Below are positions 62,641-64,000 of a stretch of 64,000 bases of DNA, in pieces. The stretch covers positions 83,638,001 to 83,702,000 of the forward strand of contig NC_091282.1 of assembly GCF_032444005.1 (NCBI RefSeq). Reading direction: 5' to 3'. The notes below the pieces were generated by a model that was given only the letters and a program-made list of their open reading frames with translations, had not been told where the DNA came from and ran no database searches. The position numbers and the translations under genes are program-made. The stretch is from Ranitomeya imitator. Taxonomy: Eukaryota. Position 1 is the stretch's first letter. The number at the start of each line of letters is the position of its first letter.

Positions 62641-63866
62641 TCTACTATATAATTGTCTAAGGGTCACTTCCGTCTTTCTGTCCTTCTATCTGTCTGTCAC
62701 GGATGTTCATTGGTCGCGGCCTCTGTCTGTCAAGGAAATCCAATTTGCTGATTGGTCGCGGAAAAAAAGCCACGACCAATCAGCGATGGGCACAGTCCGG
62801 AAGAAAATGGCCGCTCCTTACTCCCCGCAGTCACTGCCCGGCGCCTGCATACTCCCCTCCAGCCACCGCTAACACAGGGTTAATGCCGGCGGTAACGGAC
62901 TGCGTTACCGCCTCTATTAACCCTGTGTGTCCTCAACTTTTTACTATTGATGCTGCCTATGCGGCATCAATAGTAAAAAATCTAATGTTAAAAGTAATAA
63001 AAAAACAAAAAACCTGCTGTACTCACCCTCCATTGTCCGCAGAGCCGGCCGCCATCTTCCGTTCCCGGCGATGCATTGCGAAATTACCCAGAAGACTTAG
63101 CGGCCTCGCGAGACCGCTAAGTCATCTGGGTAATTTCGCAATGCATCCTGGGAACGGGAGATGGCGGCAGCCGCGCACTCATTGCCTGCGCCAGATCCGA
63201 AGGTGAGTATGATAGAACTACAAGGGGCCCTCGGATCCGAAGGTGAGTATGTTTATTTTTTATTTTTTAACCTGGCTGTGACATACGTGGCTGGGCAATA
63301 TACTACATCACTGTGCAATATACTACGTCACTGGGCAATATACTACGTGGTTGGGCAATATACTACGTGGCTCTGTGCTGTATACTACGTCGCTGTGCAG
63401 TATACTATGTAGATGGGCAATATACTACGTGGCTGGGCAATATACTACGTGGCTCTGTGCTCTATACTACGTCGCTGTACAATATACTACGTCACTGGGC
63501 ATTATACTACGTAGCTGGGCAATATACTACGTGGCTGGCCAATATACTACGTCACTGGGCAATATACTACGTGCCTGGGCAATATATTACGTGGCTGGGC
63601 AATATGCTACATCACTGGGCAATATACTACGTGGCTCTGTGCTGTATACTACATCGCTGTGCAATATACTACATAGCTGGGCAATATACTACATGGCTGG
63701 CCAATATACTACATCACTGGGCAATATACTTTGTGGCTGTGCAATATACTTTGTGGCTGTGCAATATACTATGTGGCTGGGCAGTATACTACGTGGCTGG
63801 GCAATATACTTCGAGGACATGCATATTCTAGAATACCTGATGAGTTAGAATCGGGCCACCATCTAG
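62641..63866 (+). mobile_element. Non-autonomous Helitron, same end-family as 39493-39993
   Basis: A|TCTACTATATAATTGTCTAAGGGTCA ... ggacatgcatattctagaatacctgatgagttagaatcgggccaccatCTAG|T. Confidence 0.85.
63290..63810. repeat. About 22-bp minisatellite (ctgggcaatatactacgt[g/c]) inside the Helitron
   Basis: Direct tandem repeats. Confidence 0.9.
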
Positions 63867-64000
63867 TAGACTATAATGTTGCCGACAGAGCAAGCATTCA
63901 TCATTTTCAGGCATATACACTTACTGGAGGCCGACACCCAGACGCAGTCTACTATGTCTGAGTGTCCACCTCCAGTAGGCGTACATGCCCGAAATTGACA

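Noticed and set aside
63313-63848. ORFs of 165-172 aa rich in Tyr/Trp
   Set aside because: They are translations of the 22-bp minisatellite inside a Helitron.

Overview
This is eukaryotic genomic DNA. It is most likely an anuran amphibian, inferred from the transposon repertoire and the AT-rich intronic background. There are no prokaryotic genes, CRISPR arrays, rRNA or tRNA genes. Most of the window is transposable elements, often nested. (1) An 11.8-kb hAT element (6766-18563) has 13-bp TIRs and an 8-bp TSD. It carries a disabled BED-finger/DDE transposase interrupted by a 598-bp fold-back insertion, plus three internal satellite arrays, one of them about 16 x 128 bp and nearly homogeneous. 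(2) A Tc1 element has a full-length open DD34E transposase ORF (29960-30979). (3) A chromodomain Gypsy provirus (42338-50198) has a second hAT nested in one LTR. (4) There are three non-autonomous Helitrons, two candidate solo LTRs, and many PIF/Harbinger-, hAT- and Kolobok-like MITEs. The short unique stretches hold phase-compatible candidate exons of an unidentified plus-strand gene (about 23.1-54.8 kb) and the 3' end of an unidentified minus-strand gene (about 2.6-3.7 kb). Neither protein is recognisable to me, so no gene symbols are given. Most ORF-track entries are TE or repeat by-products. I see no clear new biological system. The best leads are the satellite-bearing hAT, the fold-back and partial-tandem insertions resembling Penelope-like elements, the Helitron modules, and the unidentified spliced gene.
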